From a virus (Duplodnaviria > Heunggongvirae > Uroviricota > Caudoviricetes), in the IMG/VR virus record IMGVR_UViG_3300028146_000009, positions 1 to 25,849 of that record: DNA of 25,849 bases. One strand, given 5' to 3'. Each line of letters opens with the position of its first letter. Position 1 is the stretch's first letter. The notes beneath the pieces are model-generated. The model made no database searches and was not told where the DNA came from. It worked only from the letters and a program-made list of their open reading frames with translations. Below, piece by piece: positions 1 through 7,860 of the stretch. The position numbers and the translations under genes were made by a program.

Positions 1-228
1 ACCTCCTCGGTTGTAGCGCGGGAAAACTCCTCAGTTGAAGCGTGGGGAAACTCCTCAGTTGTAGCGCGGGAAAACTCCTCAGTTGAAGCGTGGGAAAACT
101 CCTCGGTTGTAGCGCGGGGAAACTCCTCGGTTGAAGCGCGGGGAAACTCCTCAGTTGTAGCGCTGGGAAACTCCTCGGTTGTAGCGCGGGAAAACTCCTC
201 AGTTGAAGCGCGGGGAAACTCCTCGGTT
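1..228 (+). repeat. 24-bp direct tandem repeat, 9.5 copies (consensus AACTCCTCRGTTGWAGCGYGGGRA)
   Basis: Units start at 1, 25, 49, 73, 97, 121, 145, 169, 193 and 217 (half unit); no spacers; coding in frame 1. Confidence 0.97.
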
Positions 229-729
229 TCAGGTTTTGAATTTTCATTCATTTTAGTCCTTTCCACTACAGTTGTGCTGAAAAAACTATATCAATATGTA
301 ATTGTAAGGTTAAGATCAAAGGTTTCTATTCCTAAAAAACCTAAAACTGTCACAATTATTGATCATTCTAAAATTGAATTAAAACACGATAAAAAAACAT
401 TCGTAGAATATTATGAATTAGATGCCAAAAAAGTAATTCTTTATAAATCAGTTGATCCAAAAACTCTTTGTGATTTTAGAACTGGAACCATTAAGTATGA
501 AGGAATTGTAGAATGTCCCGATTTTGATTCTTCAAATAAACGCGAATGTGGAGGCGGACTTCATTTGTGTGCAAAACCTTCACAAGCTTTAAGTTTTAAT
601 CAAGGACAACTATTAAAATGTGAAGTTGATTTAAAAGATATTGTGGTTTATTCCAAAAGTATTGAAAAAGTTCGATGCAAAAAGGTTAAAGTTTTAGGAA
701 AATGTGATATTAAAGGGGAACTTTTGTGA
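1..729 (+). CDS. 5'-truncated octapeptide-repeat (NSSV[E/V]A[R/W/L][E/G]) protein with a Cys-containing C-terminal domain; extends the track ORF 274..729 to the window edge
   Basis: Frame 1 is open from base 1 (TSSVVARE NSSVEAWG NSSVVARE ...NSSVSGFEFSFILVLSTTVVLKKLY...) straight into the 274..729 ORF. The C-terminus (KYEGIVECPDFD...CGGGLHLC...KCEVDLKDIVVY...KVRCKKVKVL) is of a type commonly seen after such repeats in phage proteins. Confidence 0.85.
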   Translation, partial: TSSVVARENSSVEAWGNSSVVARENSSVEAWENSSVVARGNSSVEARGNSSVVALGNSSVVARENSSVEARGNSSVSGFEFSFILVLSTTVVLKKLYQYVIVRLRSKVSIPKKPKTVTIIDHSKIELKHDKKTFVEYYELDAKKVILYKSVDPKTLCDFRTGTIKYEGIVECPDFDSSNKRECGGGLHLCAKPSQALSFNQGQLLKCEVDLKDIVVYSKSIEKVRCKKVKVLGKCDIKGELL

Positions 730-938
730 TAATTAAATCATTAAAGGACCCGAACTTTGAAATTGTAGTTCAGCAGTCTGAACAAAACTCGCTCTATAGT
801 GTAACTTTATTAAAAAATGACAGACAAGCAGAATTTCAAGGGAATCTAGATCTTGAAACCGCAATGCAAGTCTTTGATTATTATCTCGATAGAATGCAGC
901 ATAATGATCTAACTGGATGGCAAGGAGCGATTGAATGA
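726..938 (+). CDS. hypothetical protein
   Basis: 70-aa ORF overlapping the upstream stop; no motif recognised. Confidence 0.7.
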   Translation: MIIKSLKDPNFEIVVQQSEQNSLYSVTLLKNDRQAEFQGNLDLETAMQVFDYYLDRMQHNDLTGWQGAIE

Positions 939-1153
939 TTGAACTCTTAAAAATGCGTAAGGATCAATGGATTGTAAAGCGTCAAAATAAATCGTATCCA
1001 ATAAAAAATACTGAATCGGTATTTGTACATCTTATAGCTTTTGGGGTGAATTTTAAGACAATTGAAGATGCTTTTGTAAAAATGGAAATGGATAATTACA
1101 ATTATTGTCGATTTGAAAAAGGCCGGGTAATTCTAGAAAAAAGAAATGACTAA
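935..1153 (+). CDS. hypothetical protein
   Basis: 72-aa ORF with ATGA overlap and GGAG upstream. Confidence 0.7.
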   Translation: MIELLKMRKDQWIVKRQNKSYPIKNTESVFVHLIAFGVNFKTIEDAFVKMEMDNYNYCRFEKGRVILEKRND

Positions 1154-1193
1154 AGTTTTAAAATAATAAACCGATAAGAATTATGAGGTAATT

Positions 1194-1571
1194 ATGACAA
1201 AACTTGTGATTTTAAAAATGATAGTATTTTATGCAAATATTTATGGCGTGGACCCAAAATTGGCCGTAAGCGTTGCACAAATTGAATCAGGATTAAATCC
1301 AAATGCAATCAGTTCAACTTCAGATTATGGTGTATTTCAATTGAACTCTAATAGTTTTCCACAATATTCAAAACAAGAATTATTGATCCCTGAAATCAAT
1401 ATTATTGAAGGAATTAATTATCTTGCTAAAATGAAAAAAGAGTGTAAATTTAAAGATAATAATGAATGGTTAGCTTGTTATAATTTAGGAAAAAGAAAAG
1501 CAAGTAAAATTCATTATCCAAAATTGTGGCCTTATACCAAAAAAGTTCTCACCGCGATGAAGGAAATTTAA
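1194..1571 (+). CDS. soluble lytic transglycosylase (SLT) domain protein
   Basis: AQIES (catalytic Glu), GVFQL, NIIEGINYL and ACYNLG match the SLT motifs; GAGGT RBS. Confidence 0.9.
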   Translation: MTKLVILKMIVFYANIYGVDPKLAVSVAQIESGLNPNAISSTSDYGVFQLNSNSFPQYSKQELLIPEINIIEGINYLAKMKKECKFKDNNEWLACYNLGKRKASKIHYPKLWPYTKKVLTAMKEI

Positions 1572-1572
1572 A

Positions 1573-1884
1573 ATGACAACCAGGATAAGATATAAAAAAG
1601 AATTAGATGGAACTTTAGTAACTAAAATATTTAAAACTCCGAATAATGAAGTTCATGGAATAATTGAACCAAATGGTAAAATTTTTATTCAAAGTCTTGA
1701 TGGAAAAATATTTCAGCAATCAGAGGAACATTATACAAATTTACAAAATGCTAAAAAAGTATTAAAAAAAGCGTTAATTTCATTGGGTTGTAATTTTCAA
1801 GAAGAGGTTCGCCCACAAATTAAAGATCACATAAATGAAGCAGCTAAAAAACAATATGAATCTGAAAATATGGGCGATAAATGA
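1573..1884 (+). CDS. hypothetical protein
   Basis: 103-aa ORF in operon context. Confidence 0.7.
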   Translation: MTTRIRYKKELDGTLVTKIFKTPNNEVHGIIEPNGKIFIQSLDGKIFQQSEEHYTNLQNAKKVLKKALISLGCNFQEEVRPQIKDHINEAAKKQYESENMGDK

Positions 1885-2279
1885 AAAAATTAGCACTTTT
1901 AATATTGCTTTTAATTCCAATCAGTCATTGCGGACCAAATCAAACCACCTTTGATCATGGAACTGTAAACTGTACGACCCAGCAAATAGCTCCTGGAACG
2001 CCGCTAGCGCTCGGTGGCGCGATGATTTCATGTCCAGACGGGACTACAAGCCTAATTTCAAATGGAACGATTATAACACCAATTCAATTTTGTCCGGGAA
2101 GTCCAAATTATCCCAATAGTTTTCCAGAAGTGGGATTTAAATTTGGAACTTCAATCTATGCGGTTTATTCGGCAAATGATGGATTTATGACTTTAATTCC
2201 ACCGGGCCTATATCAATCAAATGCAATAGGATCGAATTGTACATTTACTGTAAATCCAAATGGAACTATAACAAATTAG
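1881..2279 (+). CDS. putative exported protein or lipoprotein, Gly/Pro/Thr-rich beta protein
   Basis: MKK + hydrophobic stretch + Cys17 (MKKLALLILLLIPISHC); several Cys in the mature part. Confidence 0.7.
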   Translation: MKKLALLILLLIPISHCGPNQTTFDHGTVNCTTQQIAPGTPLALGGAMISCPDGTTSLISNGTIITPIQFCPGSPNYPNSFPEVGFKFGTSIYAVYSANDGFMTLIPPGLYQSNAIGSNCTFTVNPNGTITN

Positions 2280-2288
2280 GAGTAAAAA

Positions 2289-2516
2289 TTGCAGACAATA
2301 GAATTCTTTTATGACGATGTGCAAGGCCGCGAATTAAATATTATCGCAACTATTGATGAAGGTCAAATTCATTTTAAAACTTATTTATTTGATAAAAAGA
2401 TTCCTAATGGAAGTTTAACGACTTTAGATTTCAAAAATATTGAAAATTTCATTCGAAAAAATGCCGAGGATAACATTGAATTTGAAAGCGATTATTTTGA
2501 TCGGCAATCAGATTAA
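2289..2516 (+). CDS. hypothetical protein
   Basis: TTG start preceded by GGAG. Confidence 0.65.
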   Translation: MQTIEFFYDDVQGRELNIIATIDEGQIHFKTYLFDKKIPNGSLTTLDFKNIENFIRKNAEDNIEFESDYFDRQSD

Positions 2517-2788
2517 TGGTAAACTATCGAGATGAAATTTTGGATCACATTACAAAAGAGCGTGACTATTACAGAGAACAAACGCAGGAAATAAGGTTTC
2601 GTCGCAATAAAATGTACAAGGAAAGTTTTACTGATGAATGGCAGGAAATTACCGATGCGTATAGGACTGCACTATTTATGAAAATGTACGATCTTTTAAT
2701 AGATAAATTAACGACTGTTCCATTTGATGAACTTTACATCGAATTAGAATCTTTAGAACTTGATAAAATTTTTGAATTGGATAATTAA
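2516..2788 (+). CDS. hypothetical protein
   Basis: TAATG overlap, 90 aa. Confidence 0.65.
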   Translation: MVNYRDEILDHITKERDYYREQTQEIRFRRNKMYKESFTDEWQEITDAYRTALFMKMYDLLIDKLTTVPFDELYIELESLELDKIFELDN

Positions 2789-3007
2789 ATGAATTCATTC
2801 TCAATTGCAGATGTAAAGAAGGCTTTAAAACATTTAGAAGATAAATATAAATCTCTTTATGTAAAAATGGAAATAGATGAAAATAACCGATTGAATTTCC
2901 AAATAATGGATACTGAAGCAAATGCAGTAAAGATTGTAATTTACAGATCAAATGAAGAAGGGGAAGCGACGAAGTTTCCCGAGATAGTGGAGTCAAGAAG
3001 ATTATGA
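2789..3007 (+). CDS. hypothetical protein
   Basis: 72-aa ORF directly after the previous stop. Confidence 0.65.
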   Translation: MNSFSIADVKKALKHLEDKYKSLYVKMEIDENNRLNFQIMDTEANAVKIVIYRSNEEGEATKFPEIVESRRL

Positions 3008-3147
3008 TTATTTTATTAATTGGAATTATTGTGGCTGCGACTTTTTTTAATTCAGCATTTTATGAGTATAGAGTACTAAAAAATACTGATCCTAAAGATA
3101 TCGTAAATGATTGGGTAAATTTGCAATTAAAAAGGAGATATAAGTAA
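3004..3147 (+). CDS. small membrane protein, 47 aa (not in ORF track)
   Basis: ATGA overlap; MIILLIGIIVAATFFNSAFYEYRVLK...RRYK*; N-terminal hydrophobic helix. Confidence 0.65.
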   Translation: MIILLIGIIVAATFFNSAFYEYRVLKNTDPKDIVNDWVNLQLKRRYK

Positions 3148-3269
3148 TGTGTTGGCATAAATGGACAAAATGGTCTAAAACCTATGAATATCCAAATTTA
3201 ATAATTAGATCTTTATGGCAAAAAAGAATTTGTTAAAAATGTGGAAGAGTCCAAGAAAGAATATGTTAA
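3147..3269 (+). pseudogene. small CxHxW...CxxC Zn-binding protein interrupted by an in-frame TAA
   Basis: AAGGAG RBS; MCWHKWTKWSKTYEYPNLIIRSLWQKRIC*KCGRVQERIC*; TAA at 3234-3236 splits the CxxC. Confidence 0.6.
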
Positions 3270-3412
3270 AATATTTTATTTATTCAATTTTAATAAATTT
3301 AGTTCTTTTATATTTTTATAGTATTTTGGTATTAAATCCATTAAAAGCCGCGTCAAAAATTGTAGCAAAAAATTGGTGTGAAATGATGAAAGTTGAGTGT
3401 AAATTTAAATGA
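3263..3412 (+). CDS. small membrane protein (start revised from 3215)
   Basis: MLKYFIYSILINLVLLYFYSILVL hydrophobic helix; start overlaps the end of the upstream ORF. Confidence 0.55.
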   Translation: MLKYFIYSILINLVLLYFYSILVLNPLKAASKIVAKNWCEMMKVECKFK

Positions 3413-3825
3413 GTGAAATAAAATATATTGTAGAGCCAGGACAAAAATTCGGCAATCTTGAGGCCATAATATTTTCTCATTCAAATAAAAGACAGGGAAT
3501 TAGATTTTGGACTTTTAAATGTTATTGCGGAAAAGAATTTACAACAAATTTAACAAGAGTTAGAATTGGAAAAACTAAATCTTGTGGATGCTTAAAAAAA
3601 ACTATTAATAGGGAAAGGCTTCAAATTATACCAGGACAAAAAATTGGCAGGTTAACTTTAATTGACTTTTCCCATCGAGATAATAAAAAACAAAAAATAT
3701 ATAAATGGAAATGCGATTGTGGAAATGAAACTATGGCAAAACTAAGCTGCGTGTATAGAGCGCGAAAAAGAAGCTGCGGGTGTTTAAGAACTGAATATTG
3801 GCAAAAGAATAATAGGATGAAATAA
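3409..3825 (+). CDS. tandem Cys4 zinc-ribbon protein resembling the N-terminal module of HNH/AP2 homing-endonuclease-type proteins
   Basis: Two repeats of PGQKxGxL..I.FSH...KCxCG.E...KxSCGCL; no nuclease motif follows. Confidence 0.75.
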   Translation: MSEIKYIVEPGQKFGNLEAIIFSHSNKRQGIRFWTFKCYCGKEFTTNLTRVRIGKTKSCGCLKKTINRERLQIIPGQKIGRLTLIDFSHRDNKKQKIYKWKCDCGNETMAKLSCVYRARKRSCGCLRTEYWQKNNRMK

Positions 3826-3826
3826 A

Positions 3827-4162
3827 GTGCTTATAGAGCCTATATTTGTTCTTTTTTGTAATACAATTGGAACTGAAACTCAAGGTAATGCCCAAATTCC
3901 ATGTCAAAATGCAATTAATGCAACTTCAATTGAAACTAAAACAACACAAACATTTCAGGAATTAGAATCTTACAGTCAAAATTATGTGTATAAAAATATG
4001 GACCCAACTCTAATTAAATCATTAATAGCTGCCGGGTTTTTAGTAAATTCCTATTCTACTAAAACAGTCATAGCACAATTCCCACTTCAACCTTTCGAAT
4101 TTAATTGCCATGTACAGCCAAATAATGTACAATATGGACTCAAACTGAAAATAGATTTTTAA
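3827..4162 (+). CDS. hypothetical protein, possibly exported
   Basis: GTG start; short hydrophobic N-terminus with Cys. Confidence 0.6.
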   Translation: MLIEPIFVLFCNTIGTETQGNAQIPCQNAINATSIETKTTQTFQELESYSQNYVYKNMDPTLIKSLIAAGFLVNSYSTKTVIAQFPLQPFEFNCHVQPNNVQYGLKLKIDF

Positions 4163-4183
4163 ACTTATTAAAGGAGATAAAAA

Positions 4184-4447
4184 ATGAAAGTAAAAGTTAA
4201 ATGTGAAGAAATTGAAGGCGAGGGACTTTTAGCACTTTTAGGAAAAAGAGTAACACTTTTTTGTATGAATTATATTTATACGGGAGAACTTGAAGGAGTA
4301 AATGATACTTGTGTAAAACTTCGAGACGCTTATATTGTTTATGAAACTGGAGCATTTACGGATACGAACTGGAAAGATGCCCAAAAACTTTCTAAAGAAT
4401 TTTATGTTCAAACCGCAGCAATTGAAAGTTTTGGCGTTGTAAAATGA
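4184..4447 (+). CDS. Sm/LSm-like fold protein
   Basis: AAGGAG RBS; LLGKRVTLFCMNYIYTGELEGVNDTCVKLRDAYIV resembles Sm1, FYVQTAAIESF resembles Sm2. Confidence 0.65.
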   Translation: MKVKVKCEEIEGEGLLALLGKRVTLFCMNYIYTGELEGVNDTCVKLRDAYIVYETGAFTDTNWKDAQKLSKEFYVQTAAIESFGVVK

Positions 4448-4533
4448 CTAGAGGATTAAAACAAAAATACCGATATGGGTCGGGGTCGGGGTCGCGGTCG
4501 GGGTCGGGGTCGCGGTCGTGGTCGGGGTCGTAA
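4444..4533 (+). CDS. 29-aa Ser-Gly/Arg/Trp dipeptide-repeat peptide (not in ORF track)
   Basis: ATGA overlap with the LSm-like gene; MTRGLKQKYRYGSGSGSRSGSGSRSWSGS*. Confidence 0.7.
   Translation: MTRGLKQKYRYGSGSGSRSGSGSRSWSGS
4477..4530 (+). repeat. 9 x NGGTCG hexamer tandem repeat
   Basis: GGGTCG GGGTCG GGGTCG CGGTCG GGGTCG GGGTCG CGGTCG TGGTCG GGGTCG. Confidence 0.95.
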
Positions 4534-4562
4534 AAGGAATCTGGTCTATTAAAAGGGTAATA

Positions 4563-4793
4563 ATGAGTAAACTAAAAGTTTTAGCAAATAATGAGACGGT
4601 TCCTGAAGAACATCCAGGTTCTGCTTTTATTCAAGGATTTATAACTGCTTTCGAATTAATTGATGAAAATCTTGCAGCTGAATTAGTAAAATTAGCAGAA
4701 TTTCAGCCTCACGGCGAAAGATTAATGACTTTAAAGCTTTATAAAGCAAAAATCGCGGGTATTTTAAAGGATATGGAACAAGATTATGATTAA
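4563..4793 (+). CDS. hypothetical protein (start revised from 4518)
   Basis: ATG 4563 after AAGGG; the 4518 GTG lies inside the hexamer repeat of the upstream peptide. Confidence 0.65.
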   Translation: MSKLKVLANNETVPEEHPGSAFIQGFITAFELIDENLAAELVKLAEFQPHGERLMTLKLYKAKIAGILKDMEQDYD

Positions 4794-5565
4794 AAGTGAA
4801 ATTGCATTAAGAATTGAAATGGTGGAAGAATTATTAAAAAAAGGACAAATTAAAACTGCTCAGGAATATTTTAATATTTTGAATCAAAGGCAATTAATGC
4901 CAATGCAAAAATTTAAAAAAGGCGACAAAGTAAAAGCATTGGTAGATGAATCAATTAGGATTCCACTATTAGTTAAAGGTCAAATATTAACAATTGATTC
5001 TTATATTCCAACACTAAATTCTGATTATTTTGTTGTTTTAGAAGAATTCAAAGCAAGCTATCCATGGCATAATTTTAAAGAAAGTGATTTTGAATTAGAA
5101 AGTTTAAATTCGGGTTCGGCATTAAGAACTTATAGTAATACAGTCACTGCAAACGGCGGGATATTACAACCAAGAACTGGTTATCAAGCAAATTCAAATC
5201 CTCAATCATATGGAACTTTAAAAACTAAAGCCGATGCTAAAAAACTTCTAAAACATGAATATGATGATAAAGGATATTCGGAAGATGAAATTCGAAATGA
5301 TTTTAAAACAGTTTTTAATTTAAGTGATGATGAAATCAAAGCGATTATAAAAGAAATTGAAGATGAAAATGCTAAATATCAATACACGTCACAATATATA
5401 AGTTTTAATCCCGGATATTCCATAACTTTACCAAATGGATTATCAGATCTTGAAGGTAAAAAACCTGAAACTAATGGGAATGTATGCATTCATCAGTGGG
5501 AAACTTATACCGGCCTAAGCCATACTGATACTTATTGCAAACTTTGTAATTTGGTTAAAAAATGA
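4786..5565 (+). CDS. multi-segment hypothetical protein (SH3/KOW-like segment, low-complexity linker, C-terminal CxHxW...CxxC)
   Basis: KFKKGDKVK...GQILTID; C-terminal CIHQWETYTGLSHTDTYCKLC. Confidence 0.65.
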   Translation: MIKSEIALRIEMVEELLKKGQIKTAQEYFNILNQRQLMPMQKFKKGDKVKALVDESIRIPLLVKGQILTIDSYIPTLNSDYFVVLEEFKASYPWHNFKESDFELESLNSGSALRTYSNTVTANGGILQPRTGYQANSNPQSYGTLKTKADAKKLLKHEYDDKGYSEDEIRNDFKTVFNLSDDEIKAIIKEIEDENAKYQYTSQYISFNPGYSITLPNGLSDLEGKKPETNGNVCIHQWETYTGLSHTDTYCKLCNLVKK

Positions 5566-6728
5566 AAAATAAACTTTCGAATTCTGCAGCAAATCTCTAT
5601 AATACCTGTGGCCGTAAATATAAATATCACTACCAAGATCGATTACGATCAAAATATATTTCCGGCGCGCTAATTATGGGGAGCGCATTCGACAAAGGAG
5701 TGAATGAACTTTTAACTTCTCGAGATTTGAAAAAAGCAACAGAAATCTTTGATTCAGAATTTGAAAATAATTGGATAAATTCCAAAAAATCATATATACC
5801 AACATCAGAATTCTTGGTTTACGCAAAAAAAGATTTTGATTATGAATTATTAAATGAAAATGATATTGTTCGGCTACAAAAGTTTTATTCTTTTGAGGAA
5901 CATAAACCATTAACTTTATTCAATTATATTTTAGAACAAAAAGAAGAAAAAGGATTTGAAAATTTAGAATTAATTGAAAAGCAATATTATAATTTAGCGA
6001 ATTGGTTATGCTTAAAAAGAAAAGCCCATCTAATGCTACAAGCCTATAATGAAAAAGTTTTACCAAAAATTAAATCAGTGATTGCAGTTCAAAAAGAATT
6101 CAACTTAGAAGGAAAATCTGGGGACACCTTGAATGGATTTATAGATTTAATTGTTGAATGGGAAGATGGTAAAAAATATGTACTAGATAATAAAACTTCA
6201 ACATATGAATACGAGCCCGATTCAGCATCTAAAAGTCAGCAGCTTATTTTATATTTTTATGCAGCAAATAAAGAAGGTTTAAAACTTGATGGCGCGGGCT
6301 TTATAGTTTGCTATAAACAAATTCAAAAGAATCGTATAAAGATTTGCGAAAAATGCGGGAATAATGGAACAGGTGGTAGGCATAAAACTTGCGATAGAGA
6401 ATTCCAAGAAATAGGTAAAATTGAAAAAGAAAGCTATCATAGTGCAGCAAAATTAATAGAAGGTAAAAAAGAAAGATGTAATGGTGCTTGGAAAGAAACC
6501 ATTAAGCCTGAGGCGCGTGTTGAAATCATTTTGAATGAAATTGCCCCCCAATCTCAAAATCTTGTAATACAGACCTTCTTGGGCGCTAACGAGGGTATCA
6601 AAATGGGACATTTCGGACCTAATTTAGATTCTTGTATGAAGTATGGCCAAAAATGCGCCTATTACGATAAGTGTTGGTTTGGGAAAGATGATGAATTAAT
6701 AACTTTGCCGGAAAAGAAAAATGACTGA
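5562..6728 (+). CDS. PD-(D/E)xK nuclease, RecB/AddB/Cas4-like exonuclease
   Basis: GFIDLIVEWEDGKKYVLDNKTS...SQQLILY catalytic motifs; one N-terminal Cys (YNTCGRKY) and three C-terminal Cys (CMKYGQKCAYYDKC). Confidence 0.88.
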   Translation: MKNKLSNSAANLYNTCGRKYKYHYQDRLRSKYISGALIMGSAFDKGVNELLTSRDLKKATEIFDSEFENNWINSKKSYIPTSEFLVYAKKDFDYELLNENDIVRLQKFYSFEEHKPLTLFNYILEQKEEKGFENLELIEKQYYNLANWLCLKRKAHLMLQAYNEKVLPKIKSVIAVQKEFNLEGKSGDTLNGFIDLIVEWEDGKKYVLDNKTSTYEYEPDSASKSQQLILYFYAANKEGLKLDGAGFIVCYKQIQKNRIKICEKCGNNGTGGRHKTCDREFQEIGKIEKESYHSAAKLIEGKKERCNGAWKETIKPEARVEIILNEIAPQSQNLVIQTFLGANEGIKMGHFGPNLDSCMKYGQKCAYYDKCWFGKDDELITLPEKKND

Positions 6729-6972
6729 ACAACTTTTAATTCAATATATTAATAATCTAACAAAAGATTCAGATCTTTTAATTCGAGACAATCTTCATCC
6801 AAAACACATTGAACTCCAACAAATGGTAATTCGAGAAGATATTCCTGAAGTTATAAAGTTTTTAAAGAAAGTTTATAAAGCACTTAATTTTGAAAAATCG
6901 GCAGTCACTGGTCAAATGATGAAAGGTTATTTTGAGGGAATGGAACAAATTAAAAAAGAAATTTATGAGTAA
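6721..6972 (+). CDS. hypothetical protein
   Basis: 83-aa ORF overlapping both neighbours. Confidence 0.65.
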   Translation: MTEQLLIQYINNLTKDSDLLIRDNLHPKHIELQQMVIREDIPEVIKFLKKVYKALNFEKSAVTGQMMKGYFEGMEQIKKEIYE

Positions 6973-7672
6973 AATTTTCTATGCTTTTATAATTACAATT
7001 ATTGTTGCCTTTTTTACATTAAAAACAAATGCCGGGCAAAAAATATTGGTGTTTGAAATTGATACGGGCACTGACGGTTATTCTCACAAAGAAATTAGAG
7101 AACATATTAATTTAAATAATGAAGATCCTTTAAATTATTTCGATGGAAACGGACATGGAACTCATATTGCAGGGCTTCTTTTAAAAGGAGTTTGTTCAGA
7201 AGTTAAATTAAAATCTTGCTCTTGGTTTAAATTAAATGCAAATGGTGATTGGAATGAATATTTAAATTGTGTAAGAATTGCGGGCAGTTTAAAACCGGAC
7301 TTTATAAACATTTCAAGTTCGGGATCAAATTATGATGCAGAAGAATTCCAAATCTTAAAAGAATTAAGCGATGGCGGAACTAAAATTATAGTAGCAAGCG
7401 GAAATAATGGTAAAGATCTTTCTAAAGAAATGAAAGTTTATCCAGCAAATTATGATATAAAAAATTTAATAGTTGTTGGGAATATTGAAGATAATGGCCA
7501 GCGAAGTCTGACTTCGAATTTTGGACTTTCAAATGAAGTTTATGAAAAAGGAGTAAAAGTTTATTCTACTTTGCCCGGAAACAAATGGGGATATATGACA
7601 GGTTCAAGCCAAAGCACAGCCCGGCACACAAATAAGTTACTTTTAGAAAAATGCCAGCAACTAAAAAAATAA
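6965..7672 (+). CDS. S8 subtilisin-like serine protease with N-terminal signal/TM segment (start revised from 6932)
   Basis: EIDTG (Asp), GHGTHIAG (His), ASGNNG (oxyanion Asn), MTGSSQST (Ser); hydrophobic N-terminus. Confidence 0.9.
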   Translation: MSKIFYAFIITIIVAFFTLKTNAGQKILVFEIDTGTDGYSHKEIREHINLNNEDPLNYFDGNGHGTHIAGLLLKGVCSEVKLKSCSWFKLNANGDWNEYLNCVRIAGSLKPDFINISSSGSNYDAEEFQILKELSDGGTKIIVASGNNGKDLSKEMKVYPANYDIKNLIVVGNIEDNGQRSLTSNFGLSNEVYEKGVKVYSTLPGNKWGYMTGSSQSTARHTNKLLLEKCQQLKK

Positions 7673-7860
7673 GATATATAATTGTTTGGGATAAAAATGA
7701 ACTTAATAAAGATGCGAATACAGTGGTTTTTTATAAAACTTATAAGATTGCTGAAGAAAAACGCTTGTTTGTTTCGGAAAAAGAAGGTAGTATATACAAA
7801 GTCGCAATTAATATTCCAAAAGGAGCTAGAGATGGTAAAAAAACAAATCGAAGAAGCTAA
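7651..7860 (+). CDS. hypothetical protein
   Basis: 69-aa ORF filling the gap between the S8 gene and the next RBS-supported start. Confidence 0.55.
   Translation: MPATKKIRYIIVWDKNELNKDANTVVFYKTYKIAEEKRLFVSEKEGSIYKVAINIPKGARDGKKTNRRS

Noticed and set aside
1-228. CRISPR array
   Set aside because: Units are head-to-tail with no unique spacers and translate as an in-frame octapeptide repeat.
1-228. DGR template or variable repeat
   Set aside because: Variation includes T/C and G/T changes, not only adenine positions; no reverse transcriptase or separate TR/VR pair in the window.
1194-1571. Lysis cassette
   Set aside because: No convincing holin/spanin arrangement or late-gene context next to the SLT within the window.
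5562-6728. CRISPR-associated Cas4
   Set aside because: No cas1/cas2 or array nearby; the context (ERF, replication genes) fits a phage recombination exonuclease.
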